This document shows, piece after piece, positions 17,150 to 30,864 of a DNA stretch of 64,000 nt. The stretch's first letter is position 1, and each line of letters starts with the position of its first letter. The translations under genes were made by a program, and so were the position numbers. The stretch is from contig MU056925.1 in the NCBI GenBank assembly GCA_013239625.1, positions 3,324,031 through 3,388,030 on the forward strand, in the 5' to 3' direction. The DNA is from Lama guanicoe. Lineage: Eukaryota. The notes beneath the pieces are model-generated. The model was not told where the DNA came from. It did no database searches and was given only the letters and a program-made list of their open reading frames with translations.

Positions 17150-18910
17150 TTAAACCCCAAATGTCCAGGTTTTAATTGCGAGGAAGATGGCAAACAAAAC
17201 GAGAAAAGGCATCAACAGACACCCACACAGGACGACGCTGGCGGCAGGTTTACCTGAAGCGGACACTAAAGCACCCAGCACACAAACTCCGTGTGCAATG
17301 ACGAGAAACAGAAAATCTCAGTAAAGAAGAGGAGACTTGGGAAGAAACACAGGGAATCTTAGAACTAAAAATTATAACAACTGAAATAAACACGCAGTGA
17401 ATAGGCTCAACCAGAGTGAAAACAGCAGAGAAATTAGCATGCGAACTTGAAGCCAGAGCAGTAAAAATTACCCAGCCTGAACCACAGAGAGAACAGAGGC
17501 AAACAATGACTGGGGTCTCAGGGGCTGCGGGACTGCCGCAGAAGGGCTGACCCGCACGTCACTCGGGTGCAGGAGAAAAGGAAGTGAGCAGGCGAGGAGA
17601 CAGCTGAAAATGCCCCACACCTGGCAACAGTAAACCCACAGACTCAAGAAGGTGAGTGAACCCAAACAGGATAAACCCAAAGAAACCCACACCAACCTTC
17701 TGAAAACTGAAGACAAAGAAAATGTCTTAAAAGCAGCCAGAGAGAAATGATGAAATCAGCTACAGAAGGAAACAATTCAAAATCAAAAAAAATTTGGGAC
17801 CTGGGGCTTGAAGAAGAGTTCTTAGACATGACACCAAAAGCACGATCTACAAAAGAAAAAAACCCCAACAAACTGGGCTTGGTCAACACAAAATTTCTGT
17901 GGTACAAAGAGCCTGCTAGAGGGAAGACAGGCTTCAGGCTGGGGGAGGTGCGTCAAACCCACCGGGCAAAGGACCGTCCAGGACGTGTAGAAAACTCTCA
18001 AAACCCAACAGTGAGAAAACAGGGAATTCAATTAGAAAGTGGCCCAAAGACATAAACAGACACTTCACTGCAGGGGACACCCAGCTGGCAGAGACGCACA
18101 CGAGCAGACGTGCGGCACCATCAGCGACTCGGGAAATGTCCAGTGACGGCGACACACCCAGGATGACGGCTGAACTAAACAGCAGTGACAGCGCCAAATG
18201 CCGGCGTGGACGCGGAGAAGTCGGATCTCTCCTCGCTGGCGGTGCGGGTGGAAAACAGCACAGCCCCGGGGAGGACGAGCTGGCGGCTTCTTAAACTAAC
18301 CACTTGCTGACGCTACAGCTCAGCACCTACACGCCTAGGTGTTCATCCCAGACGAAGGAAGATTCACGTCTACGCAGCACCTGCCCAGGACCGTGCATGC
18401 CTGCAGGAGCCAAGCACTGAGGTCCGCCACTGCGTCCCTCAGTCGGTGCAGACTCAACATGGAGGTACCGCTCTCTCATAGGTGGACAGGTGTGGAGTGC
18501 TGCCCCACAGCCTGGATGGAAGGCACGACGCTGAGTCTAGAAAACCCCAAGGTACATACGATTCCGTTTACATAACATCTCAGAATGACAAAAGCAGAGA
18601 GACCAAGAACAGATTCGTGGTTGCCAGGGGCTTGGCGGGGGGGAGGTCAGGTGTGACTTCGGGGGCAGCCCGGGGGAGAAGCTGAGGGGGGCAGCTGTGT
18701 GTCTTGGTGGAGGTGGCAGTCATGCAGATCTACCCGGTGGTACCATGACCCAGAAGCACACACACTCGTCCTACCAGCGCCGGTTTGCCGGCTTTGATCC
18801 TGTCCTAGAGTCACGTAAGCTGTTACGAGTGGGGAAAGTGGGGGAGGTATACAGGCGACCTCTCCAAATGTATTTGCAACTTCTTGCGAATCTCTTGTTA
18901 TTTCAGAGTA
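17150..18910 (+). mobile_element. Ancient L1M (L1MC/MD-like): ORF1 remnant joined to ORF2 3' end and 3'UTR
   Basis: ORF1-like ...ttagaactaaaaattataacaactgaaataaa...aaaagcagccagagagaaa (to ~17750), then ORF2-end ...ttcttagacatgacaccaaaagcacga...aaagacataaacagacacttcac, then a tatttgcaacttcttgcgaatct 3' end. Confidence 0.8.
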
Positions 18911-21900
18911 ACACTGCACCGCCGGGCTGGACCCACCGTGGGAAGCCATGCAAGGACGGGGTCTCACCCGGGCAGCGGCCTGGACTCTAATGCATGCAGG
19001 GACCCTTTCTCTCAAAACTGAAGTAAGAAAGCTCACAGCAGCTTCACCCACACACAACAGTGTTTGTAGACTTTCACCATGAAGAGAAGGTGGAGGTGAA
19101 GATGTGTCATGGTCCACTGCGCTTACGACGGAAAAAAAAACCTGACACACCTGAGGCCAGGACTCGGGCACACAGTCATCTCAAGGGCTGCAGGCGTCAC
19201 GCCCCGCAGGAGTTTCAAGAATTTCACGAGGGAACAGGGACTAACTAACACACTGTAACTAAAAACAGACGGGCCTGATAAAACTTCAGAATCAACAGTA
19301 TGTAGAGATGTGGTTCCAGCACCTGCTTTTACAGGTGGGGAAGTGAATTCCCAGAGAGACCAAGGGGGCACCAGGCCCAGCGGGTCCATGAGCCGCACAC
19401 CTCCCCTCCGCTGCCTGGAGAGGTGCTTCCCCACGAGCACCGGACACAAGCACAAACCAACTGTGGGTTTTAACTTTAACTTAAAAAAAAGAAAAACAAG
19501 CAATCTGCTTAAAATAACTCATAAACTGACAACAGGAGATGTCGCTGCTCCTCACCTTTGTGAGCTGGCCCCGAATTTCCACACCGGAGGTGCTGACGCC
19601 CTGGCTCCCAGGCTGCCGGAGGTACACGCACGCTCCCAGACGGGGCGGGTTCTCGGGCGTAGGCTGCTCTCCCACCTCCCCCGCCACCTGGGAACCAGAC
19701 AGACCAGGTGACGCCTGTCTACCTGTGTGTTCTGACCGCGAGCACAGCCATTGTCACCCGTCCCACCAGGATGCTGGAAGGCCATTGGCAAACGGGCCAT
19801 GGCTTCCCACGAGCACGGAAGAGAAGCACCCCCTTCTGCGGGCCTTATTTCTGGCCGCTTACCTACAGATTCCGGACAGTGGGGCCCACACTGAAGTCTG
19901 GCAACCCCACTCGGACCAGCCACCGGAAGAACTGCTTTCCCTTGTCTCGGTTCCCTATGTCTCTCGATCTTCAGAGAACCCGCTGTGGAAGTGACGCTGG
20001 CCGGGGAATCACTGTGAGCCGGCCCAGGGCTCCCGACTTGATAACACACCCTGCACAGCCACTTGGCGAGATCCGGTGCCTATCAGTCAGTTACAGTAAG
20101 AAACAAAGAACGCTCAGTTTCAAGTTTCACAACACCAAAGTGTTTCGGATGATCCTGTTCATTCGTTCCAAACTTGGCTCTGCTCAAGGCAAAGGCTGAC
20201 TGTTGATAAACAGACGGCTTCTCGTAGGCTGGGCTCTCTGTCCTCTGCCTCCAGCCAGAGGAGGCTGAGTCCCAGCCAGTCTGTGGGAAAAGTGCAGCCA
20301 GGAGGGGTGGGTGCCCAGACGGAGCCAGCCCTGGGCCACACCTGGGCCCCACGTCACACGTCCACCTGCTGCTAATGGCTTCACTCTGAGACGCGTTCTG
20401 CCGGCAGACTGAAGCCATGAGCCGTGGCCTCTGCTTGAAATGAAACCCCCAGACGCAAGGGCACAATGCCATCCAGGCCCCCTGGAGCCCTCTCCACCCT
20501 GGACGGAGCCAAGAGATCCAGCCGACCAGAAAAGCTCCCTCCACACCTGGTGAGGCCTGACTGTCGCTGCTGCACCGAGTCGCGCGTGTGGGGCCGCGCC
20601 ACACTTTCCCGCGTGCACACGGACTCCCCGGAAGTGCACGTGAGAACGCGATGCCAAGCACGCTCTCTCCGGGCAAACGGCGCGCTTTGTGTGCGACACA
20701 CCAGAAGCACATCTGCAGGGCAGAGGCTGGGACAAGAGGAAGGAAGACCCCAGAGCTCTGAACGCAGGTGTGTATCACCTCCTCAGAAAATACTTAAATC
20801 AGGATTTGTCAGATGTGCCTTAAAAACGAAACAAAACAAAAAAGCACCCCTACTTTTAGAGAAGAACGATATGTGGGTCTCATCCAGAAGGGTAGGAGGT
20901 AGAGGACACGGTTAGTCTGCAGAGAAGGTCCCGCCGCCTCCTCGTCCTGCTGTTGCCATGAGGCCCAGGGTCATTCACAAACAGGCCCCTTGAGGGCCAC
21001 CCTGAGGGGCGGCTGTCAGAGCGCCCGCCTCCGGGACACCGGCTTCCGGGGCCTCTGAGACGGGGCAGCTGCTGGGCTGCAGGGGCTCCGGGCTCTTTCC
21101 GCCCCGGCTCTGCGGTCACCCCGAGCTTGCAGAGTGAGGGCAGGAGCCCGGCCCCCCGGCCCCGCGTGGGGCCTGGCACACGCACTACTGAAACAGGCAT
21201 AGAAGAGAAGCGTTTCCCACGACTTGAAGCTTACACCCTTAACGGCTACAGACAGTTACAAACTTTCTCCGTTGACTGTTTGAAAATGTAAGTAACTAGC
21301 AAATAAACAGGGCAGGAAAAGAATTATTTCTTAAGCCACAGATTGCCTTGGATAAACTCCCTGGACCACGGTATCTCGTTATGAACCTAGATGTAAAGTT
21401 GAGCAATCCAAGGCGGCCAGGGAGTGGGACCTGCCCCTCGGAAGCACTGCCCATTATCCGCTTTCTTACCATAATTTTAAAATGAAATCTTGTTTGGAGT
21501 TCTGTAGACGTCGCAGACCTAAGAGCACGATTTAAAAATAAGTGTCACCTCTTGCCAACTGGAAATAAACAGAACAGAGAGAAATGGTTCACCCCCACCC
21601 CCCATCCTCATCAGCCCTACTCTGTCAATAAATCTCGCCCTGGCTGTTTGAGCAGTGTTTAATCATAAATGGATCCAAATGCACTCAGAGGCATAAACAG
21701 AACCAAACATCACCTCTCCACGGGAGGAGCAGGTTAACAAGGCAAGAGGACAGAAAGCTCCAGCTGTAGAACGAGAAGCCGGGTGGCTGGCATGTTCAAA
21801 CTGAGTGCAGACAGGACCGTTTTCAAGATTGCAAGAACAGATCGAGAATTCACAGAGAGCCACAGCTTGCCTGACACCTGGGAGCATCCTCTCCCAGGGA

Positions 21901-24900
21901 CGCGGGCAGAACAGACGGGTCTGACGACCTCTCAGAAATGTTTACTCCTGGACGGTCAGTCGTCCCTCTGACATCAACCTGTCGCGCCGACTGCGGGCAG
22001 CTGCTGTTCTGCACTGTAAGGTGAACGGTGCCGTGAGGCCCCAGACAAGGCCGGCCCCAGTCTTCCGGGGTGGCTCCAGCCCCGGTCAGGGTCATTCAAA
22101 ACCAGTGCAGTCAATACTACACCCAGACAGACACGGCTCTCGGCCCTGCCACACCTCCATTGAAAGCAACTGCACTTATGGGTCAGGGACCGAGTGCTGG
22201 CGTGAGCCCGCACAGCCAGCGGCCTGCAGGACTGCAGATGGCTGAGTCTCACCTGCCCAGTGCCAGTCCCGACCTCGTCCCCGCTCTCCTGGCCCGTCCC
22301 GGGCAAGACGGCAAGTAACAAGCACAGACGACCCACCTCAACTATCAGAGGACCTGCACGCCTGTCCTTGAGCCTGCGGGCCCCCCGCTGCCCACTGCCC
22401 CCCCCCTGCCCTCCGCCCACCCCACCCCAGACCCCCCTCCAAAAGCACATCTCCATTCCTTCCGTCTGGGGTGAGGTCCACGGGGAGCATCACATCTTCC
22501 TCTACCCAAGCCCCAGTATCCACACTGCTCTTTCCTGTTACAGTGGCTGCTGGCTGCTCCCTTAAGTCCACGTCTTCTGTGCGGGTACAGAGCTACCCGA
22601 CATTCCCAGCATCCCATGGGTTCTGTGCACCCCGACACTGGTTCTCACCGAGGGAACGTGGGTGGTGGGATACGAACCATCTCAGGGCCAATGCTTAGAG
22701 GGAGGCAGTGTGTCTGTCCCTGCTCTGGCCCCCGGGGAGGAGCTTTCCTCCCTGCATCACCCAGAAGGGAGGGGCTGGCAGCTCTTAATTCCCGTGTTTG
22801 AGCCACTGGAGTATTTGTTACCACACCCTGGCTTCCCTGACGGATACATCACACGGCAAAGCCCACGAGCACTAAGCATTCACGTCTGCTTCACCAGAGC
22901 GGCCCTGCGAGCGGCATGGGGCAGAGGGCAGGAACTCACTGCCCTCATGGTTCTGGCAGCACCTGCAGGACGAATGCCAGCACAACACCTCTCACACTGA
23001 ACTAGAACAAACTGTCTCAGACACAGCATCATGAAGACCCAGCCTGTTTTAGCGGAGTAAGCTATGCTGACTAAGGGTCAGGAGATGCGGGGGCGGGGCT
23101 GGCCCCGGCTCTGCCACCTGTAACTGACTCATCAGCCGAGGCCTCGGGGCTCCGTGTTCTCCCAGGCACTCCTGAGCTCAGAGACTGGCAGAGGTCCCTG
23201 AACTGCGACCCGGCTCCCTACGCCGCAGGGGGGAGGGCAGTGGCCAGCAAGGTCCATGGGTCCCGCCTGCTCAAGCACAGCTCTACCAACAAGGAGGAGC
23301 CACACAGAACAGGAAGAGAAGTGAGGAGGGCAGCACGGCCATAAGGAACCAGAGCCACAGACGGGAGACCACGAAAGGGAGAAATTCTAGACGTGGAGCC
23401 AGCGTAGTTCCCCGTGGGGGAGGCCAGAGGCTCTGTCTGAGCTCAGCCTCTATTAAAAGCAGCCTCAGCCGCACAGGCCACGCAGGGCGGGCCTCTCCTG
23501 CTGCAGAGCAGCCGGCCTGCCCTTGCGTGCGGCCCTCTCGCCCAGGCAAGGACCAGACATCCTGCAGGAGCGTCTCTGGGTCCATGGCAAGTTTTTGATT
23601 ACAGGCGAACAACAGTCATCTTCACAGATTCCCAGCACTGCAGCCCTGGTCCACATGTGAATGAAAATGCTGATGGACGCAGGGTACCTGAAGCCAGCGT
23701 GTGGGTCTCGGGAGGAAGCTCACCTTAACCAGGACCTTCTCCGAGGCGTCCGTCATCTCAGAAGGGAGCAGGCGTCCAGGCTGCTTTATGGATGGGACAC
23801 TGAGGCCGAGAAGAGACAGGTCACCTCTCCAAAGTCCCTGAGTCACCAACACAGCCAAGGGCCGTTTCAGTGCAAGCTCTGACCTAACGCCTCAGATGAG
23901 GAAACAGTAAGAACCACACACATCTGCCGCTGAATCGACCTTCCACCACCACACGAATTGCCTTAAAAAATCACTTCCTGGGCCCCCCGTTCTGCCCTCG
24001 TGCCTCCGAGCAGCACCAACCTGGACGGCGGGAGGGGCTCTCCATGACGCTGGCCCCTGCTGTCCCCACCGCAGGTACATGTGGGAGGGGACGTGGCCAC
24101 GCCAGGCCCTTAGCATCAGGGGTCATGGTCACGCCATGCAACCGCACTGCTCAAGTGTCGAGGTCAGCGGCGTGACAGGCAACGTGAACTTTATCAGGGA
24201 AAGTCAGTTCCCAATTTTACCAAAGTTCAATTCTGAGACCTCCTGCTTTCGATACCTCACAGATCACACGGGTCGCCACGAAAGCAGCACGTACTCCGGG
24301 CGTTGGAGGACCCTGCCCGAGCTGGCCAAGAAACCCGGGAAATATCCGCCCGGTGGCCAGGGTGCAACGTTGGTGACTGGCCGGCTCGTCAGGTGACCAC
24401 GGCCCAGCCAGTCTGGCTGCACCGCGTGCCCGCCCGGCCTTGAGTCACCAACACACACTACTGAGCACTTGTGAACAGGGGCTGGTCCCACATGGGCCCC
24501 GCGGATAAAAGATGATGGAGGTTCTTCAAGAAGACAGGCCTGCGACCTGCTCAAGGAGGCGCAGGACAGGGCGACGGGATGTGGCCAGAGAACAGAGACA
24601 CCCCAGCAAAGGCCTCGCCTGACCTGTGAGACGCAGCCGTGGACGGGGGTGTGCTCAGACCCGGAGGCTGAGTGGGGCCAGGGGCCTGGAGCCAGGGAGC
24701 AGGACCGGCACTCGCGGCGGCAGTGCAGGTGATGTGGCCGCCCAGCTCTCCCAGAGTCGACATGGCACCAGCCTCTTTTCCAGAAGCAGCATTTCACAGC
24801 CACCCTTACCCACTGAACTCCCCGAGAGGGGGGAGCTGGGGACATGCAAACCCACAGAGGGAGCACCTGCTGTCAGGGCCTCACCAAATACCTGGGAGAA

Positions 24901-26864
24901 AATTTCTCCCCAGATGTTTATACTATTTGGGCAAATTGCCGTATTTTTACGACACCAATTTATTATGCTCCAGTCACCGCCGTCCTTGTTCCGTCACATA
25001 AAATTCCATGCTAAACCGAGAAAACTACTGTCCACAGTTTAAAGTCAAGTTAGACTTTAACCTCTTCAGCCTTCCCAAGGGAGTGGTCGTCTTCTGGGAT
25101 CTGAGATTCATCTCAGGCCACTGATAAAACAGAAGTGGATCAAAGCGTCAGGAAGGGAGTCCAGGGTTCCTAAGTTGGGGGAGGGGAGAGCGCTGGAACC
25201 AGAGGCTGTTTACAAAGCAGCTTCGAGACCTTTAAGCCACCCTGGATAAAACCCCAAGCAAAACGCGGTGGGGCGGGATCAGAACCAAGCGGGGTTTGAA
25301 AAGGCCTTTATGTGGCTCAGGCCTCAGGCCCTTCAAAGAGCGCGTCCCTACCATCCCGGAAGCCGCCTGCAGCTGATCCCCGGGCCCACACCGCCCGCGC
25401 AGACCCGGGGGAGCCCTGGGGGCCGAGCGTGGATGGACAACGCGCTTCCACACACGAGAACCGGAGGGGGAGGCGGAGGCGGAGGGGAAGCTGGAGCAGC
25501 GACGCCGCGGGCTGCTCCTCAAACCACCGGCTCGCTGCTGCCGCCTCCCCGGCCTCTGCCTGTGTTACGGCGCCACGGAGAAGAAACGGTCCACGTGGGG
25601 AAACTGGGTCATAAAACAGATTAATAACCTGAGTAGCTGTGCAGGGAGGCCTGGCTGCCGCAGCGGGGTAAACGGAGCCAGTTTAATTGTTATGTAAATT
25701 GCATTCTCAAACCCAGCAATTTATCCCTGATGGCCTGTTCGTCAGAGCAGCTTTCTCTGAGATAAAAACTGAGCCAGACCCTCGAGGGGCACAGACCCCC
25801 CTCTCTACACAGCCCGCCCCCGCCTGATCTCCAGGGCGCCTGCCTCCACGGAACACAGGGCGGACCGGCACCCTCTCCCGAGTCACCTTGGGCTCCACCG
25901 TGGCGCCTCGCCCTGCCCCGGGGTCTGCGCTTGGGGTAAGCACCACTTCTCCACGTGGACAAAGGCAGGAAACCCTTAGGTTTTCGTTCTTGTTTTTTTA
26001 CAAAACGAATGCAATGAAGTTCAATAAGACGTCAACCAGCTAAGTTATTTATTTTTTTCGTAAGCTGTTATGTTATTTGATCGGTTTCAAAAAAATTTGT
26101 AGACTCTGCAAAAAGTGCTCAGAGCCGTGGGACGTGTCTGTGGATCCCTCGAGAGGGATTTACACCTGGAAGAAGGGGGTGCGTGGAGCTCGGCACCCAG
26201 GCAGGCCAAGGAAGGATCAGCCCTGACCAAGCAGGACCTAAGGATACTTACCGCAAAGGAAACGATCCCTTACTGGACGGCTCCCAAACACTCCACCTGT
26301 GCTAAGTCCCTCACCAGGTGCATCACAACTCCACACTTTCCTCTGAGAACAAGTCAGAAGCAAGCTAGAGATCACCGCAGGCATGACCTGATCCAGCCGG
26401 TAGGGCCTGGGACCCAGGAGGACGAAGCCGGGTGGAGAGGCGGGGGGCTCCTTCCTACTACGAGGGAACCACGGAAGCCGGCTGTGCTGCACGGGCACAC
26501 GAGCCACGCGCGGCCCGACTTGGCCACAATGGCCAACGTCCAGCGGCCTCTGGCAGCCTGGCACCCTGCCCGCTTTGGGGACCCGCCTGTGACCCTCCCG
26601 TTTAAGAAGTGAACGTCTAACTCAGGGACCAGGATCCTACCTGCTCATTTACACAGGCATTAACATAAAAAGGGGCTTTAAGGACTGGATTCCAGCAGTA
26701 GTGAAACTGCAAATCTGCCCTTTCAGCAAAGTGTCTGCTCGGGTTTTTAAAAAGGAAACAGACGCAAGGAAAACATGCTGAATGGCACAGCGGTCACCTC
26801 CGGGGAGGGGGCAGCTGTTCCGGGCTTTTCTCCTTTCCACATTTCTGTACTTTCCAAATTTTCT

Positions 26865-26976
26865 TTCCTTTTTTTTTTTCATTGAAGTATAGTTGATTTA
26901 CAATGCGTTTTAGTTTCTGGTGTACAGCTGAGGGATCCAGTCATACATACATACACATATATATCCTTTTTCATTA
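26865..26976 (-). mobile_element. 5'-truncated younger L1 3' end with exact 12-bp TSD
   Basis: poly(T)-attgaagtatagttgatttacaatg...; TSD tccaaattttct at 26853-26864 and 26977-26988. Confidence 0.88.
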
Positions 26977-29199
26977 TCCAAATTTTCTATAAACATTGGT
27001 TGCACATACAAAATATCAAAAACCTTGAAATAACAAAGGTTGCACAGATCTGTGCATATGTAACACAAAAGGGAGCGGGCGCTGTTGCACTGCTTTCTTT
27101 TGAATGCTGACCCCTCTGATAAGAAGTCTCACTGAGGAACTCTGACACAGGCTGATGAAGTCAACTCCCACATAAGCTTTGAAATTCAAGACTTTTAGCT
27201 TTCTGCCACTACCAGATTAATTCCCTGGAACTCCTCTGGGAAAGAAACAGGTTCTCCAGCGAGGGCATCATCTGCTCCTCTACAGTTACTGACTTTAAAA
27301 TTGTTACCCTTTTTGTTTTTTACAGTTACCATGTTCACGTTAAAAATGCATCATGCTCCTTTGGCTGCTTAGGTGACAGCGAACAAAATGAAACTGTGAT
27401 TCTGAAAAAACTCTGTAAAAGGCGAAGGCTGAAAAGATGAAAACTACGTTAAGGTGTAATAAAGAAACTGAAAAAACAGATCGGAAAAAGTGAACAGGAA
27501 CACGGCCATTAAATTCCCGAGCGTCAGGACTAAGGGTCAGTCCCTCAAGAGGGCAGAAGGTAAGAAACCTGAAGAACAGATCATCCCCAAACGTGGTCTG
27601 AACGTGTAATTGGGATTCCACGGACCTGCGGGTGATACACATAAGAGACGAGAGGGGCCAGAACCAAACAGAGCCGGGTGTCCGAGCCCAGGGCTGTGAG
27701 AGAAGCTACTGTCCCGAGGTCCATCCTCAGGCCCCTCCCAGCTCCCCCGCCCTCCCCAAGGGCCGCACCAAACAAGAGGGCGCCTGGAACGGAGCGAGAC
27801 GGTGTGGAAGGAGGGAAGTAGGAAGTCAGGCCAGAGGAAGACGGTGGCCTCTGGGCAGAAGAGACCGCCCAGCGGGGGCACGAGGCTTCGAGGGAGGAGG
27901 GCAGGGCATCCCCGCGGTCCCCTCCCCGCCCATTTTGTGCACCTCCCCAGACCCAGATACGGGGGCCCCCTTCCCACCTGCTGTGGCCACAGACATCCCT
28001 CGAACCCCACTCCCGACCCGGGGCCAGCTCCCCAGCCTCCACACCTGCTTCAGTTCTCCCACATCCTCCAGGCCCTGCATCTCAGTAGGCGGGGACCAGG
28101 GCTGCGGACGGTCCCTGGCACACACAGAAGGCGCCTCAGCAGCTGGAGACAAATTCTCTGGGTGTCATCTGGAGAAGGTCTCCCTGGCTCGAGTGGGGTC
28201 AGTGGGGAGACGTTCGGTATGGGGAGGGCTTGCCCTGCGTGCCCAGGCGGCTGGGCCGAGGCGCACGCGCGCCCTCCCCGCCAATAGTCAGGGAGTCACC
28301 CGGCCGCTTTGGTCTGCTTCTCACAGCCCGGCGAGTAGAAGGAAAGGCGTGTGGGCTGAAGACCACTGAGCCAGTCTTTCTGAGACACTGGACAGTCCCA
28401 CCGCGGGCTGGATCTCAGCTGTCAACGTCCAAAACGGGAGGACACACGCTCACCAGGTACTCAGAATCCTCAGGGCGGGGCGCTGTCGGAGCTGCCGTCG
28501 CCAGGAGCCCCAGGGGCAGGATCTGGAGCCGGCACCACGCGCTGTCCAACTCATTCCCAGTTGTTTTACTAGGTGAGCAGCAGCCAGTTCTCCAAGTACT
28601 CAGGTAGCTACTCTTAAAACAGCTCGCACGCTTTCCCTACGGCGCCCGGCCTTCTGCGTCAGCGACCAGCAGGGCTGATCCTTCATCACCCTGGTCGGAC
28701 GTGCCTCTCCTAGGCTGCTCTCCGCCCCTCTCCAGGCGGCATCGCCGTCCAGGTGGTGCTCTCGTCTTCGTGTGTTATCACACAGTCACCGCTTCCTGCA
28801 CGACGAGGCTGACGGCGCTTCTGGGGCCCTGCAGGTGCCCCCCACGGTCCGGGGACCACCGTGGACTTCACAGTGCGCCGGTCCTCTGGCCGGGACTCCC
28901 CCCAGAGGACGAGGATCAATACTGAACGTTTTCGTTTTGCTGCACAGAATAGAACAGTTCTTCCCAACGATGTTCTGGTGCCAACGCCCAGCTGCCTAAG
29001 CCCACCGCTGTCCCGTGGGCTCTCTCAGTTGTCTGCTCACTTCCCTCCCCCAACACAACAAGGTCAGACAGTGAGGGACAAGGACTCTGGGCTGGAGACC
29101 ACTGGCCCTGGAGAGGCGGCCCCTCTTCTGGGGGGGTTCTGGGGGCGGTCACCCTCACACACTCCTCCCCACCCTCAGAGGCAGCCCGTCACCCAGTCT

Positions 29200-29660
29200 G
29201 ACGGGCCTGTCCTGAACAACCTTCAGGTCTGTTGGCCTCTTGCCAGGGACATGGCCAGCACTCTGGTCCCTGGCTGAGCGTGGTCCCCACGGTCTGTCCC
29301 ACAGGGTGGCCTTGGAAACTTCCGGGGACCCCGAGGCTGCCCTTCCATCTCTGGCTCCCCCTCAGAGCACCCCTACCCTGGCCTCAGAGCCCCCACACAT
29401 GCAGGTCCCACTGCTGGGAAGCCTCGGCCCTGACTCTTCCCAATACCAGTTTGTGGTTTGGATCTTGGTTAAAATGTCACTCCCCAGGAAGCACCCCTCC
29501 ACCATCAAACATGCTCCTGGTGGACCTCCCCCACCGCACCCTACACTCCCTGAGATCACACCATGGCTCGCTCTCTGTGCTCACGGCATCGTCCTGCTGT
29601 CTCCCTGGACCCCCTGTGTTCCCAGCCCTGCAGCACCAACACCTAGTGAGCACTCACAAG
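29200..29660 (+). mobile_element. L2 LINE fragment
   Basis: cacacatgcaggtcccactgctgggaagcc...ggatcttggttaaaatgtcactccccagg...tgttcccagccctgcagcacc resembles the L2 3' region. Confidence 0.55.
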
Positions 29661-30864
29661 GAGAGGAAAACCAAGACCTTAGGAACCAAAAGGCCACTGG
29701 GAGCGTGGGCGAGGGGAATGGAGGGCGGCCTTTCAGGGTCCGTCCGGGTCCAGGACGGAGATGCCCAGGGACCCTCGATCCAGCTGGGAGCTCAGGAGAG
29801 GTGGCTGCAGGTGAGCCCCGATGCCCCTGGGAGGGGACAGGACCAACCCGGACGAGGGGCAGGCAGGGATGCTCAGTCTGAGACCTGGATGTGCACAGAC
29901 ACGAGGAGAGGCTGGAGCAAGGACCAGGGAAGGAAGGGTGGGACAAGGCTGCGGAGCCAGGAGGGCCGTGGTCAGACGCTGGGGCTACGAAGACACAGCC
30001 ACAGCTGTGAGACGTGGAAAACACACAGTATACACACACACAGCATAATGAAGATGTGTGACAGCCGTCCACGCACGTCACCCCCCCCATGCGCACACAC
30101 AGCTGAAGTACCACTCGTCCATGTCTCTGGGTGTGGAACATACGAGAAGGTCAAACTCCTAAGGGTCACCGGAACTCAGAGTACCCCAGCATCACCTGCA
30201 ATGTGCTGTTTCTCTTATTTAAAGACTTAATCCAAGGGAATGTGAAAAAACATTGATCCTCTGTGGGTACACAAGTCCATGCTGAATTATCCTCTGTACT
30301 TTTCTGTATTTTTAAACGCCTTGGTGTACACATGAGGTACTTTATCACTTCTGGGTTTCCACCTCCAATTCATAGCTTCTTCCTTACAAAATGCCCTGCA
30401 TCTCAGCCTGTGGTGGACAGAACCTTGTGGTGACGATCAGGCTAGGCGAGGCTGGCTTGAGATCCAAGCCCCCAGTCCGCTGTCTCCCGGTGTCCTGCCC
30501 CAGTCTGGGCTGTCTGTGCACCTCCTGGGGCTATGCAGACCTATTCAAGGTAAAATCTCCTGTACTCTGAGCTCCCATCCTCCAGACAAGCAGCTCGGAG
30601 AAACACAAGAAGACAAAGCTACTAATTCGCTCTGATCACACAACCTTAGGCCCGGGAGGGGTCCTGGTGATGCCAAACCCGGGCCGGAAAGCCACCCTCT
30701 CCAGAGCTCCCGGGCGACCAGCCCCTCGGCTAGAAGGCGCGGGGCCGGCTACCCACTGTGCTGAGCTAGGGGCACTGCAATGGCTCCCAGCAACAAACCA
30801 GATCTCACTTCCGGCACCCGCGTGCCTCACCGAGCGAGCACAGCCTCTCTCCTACTCGGTGACT

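Noticed and set aside
29232-30230. 332-aa ORF
   Set aside because: Overlaps L2/L1 remnants, has no recognisable domain, and is antisense within an intron; long ORFs are expected in GC-rich DNA.
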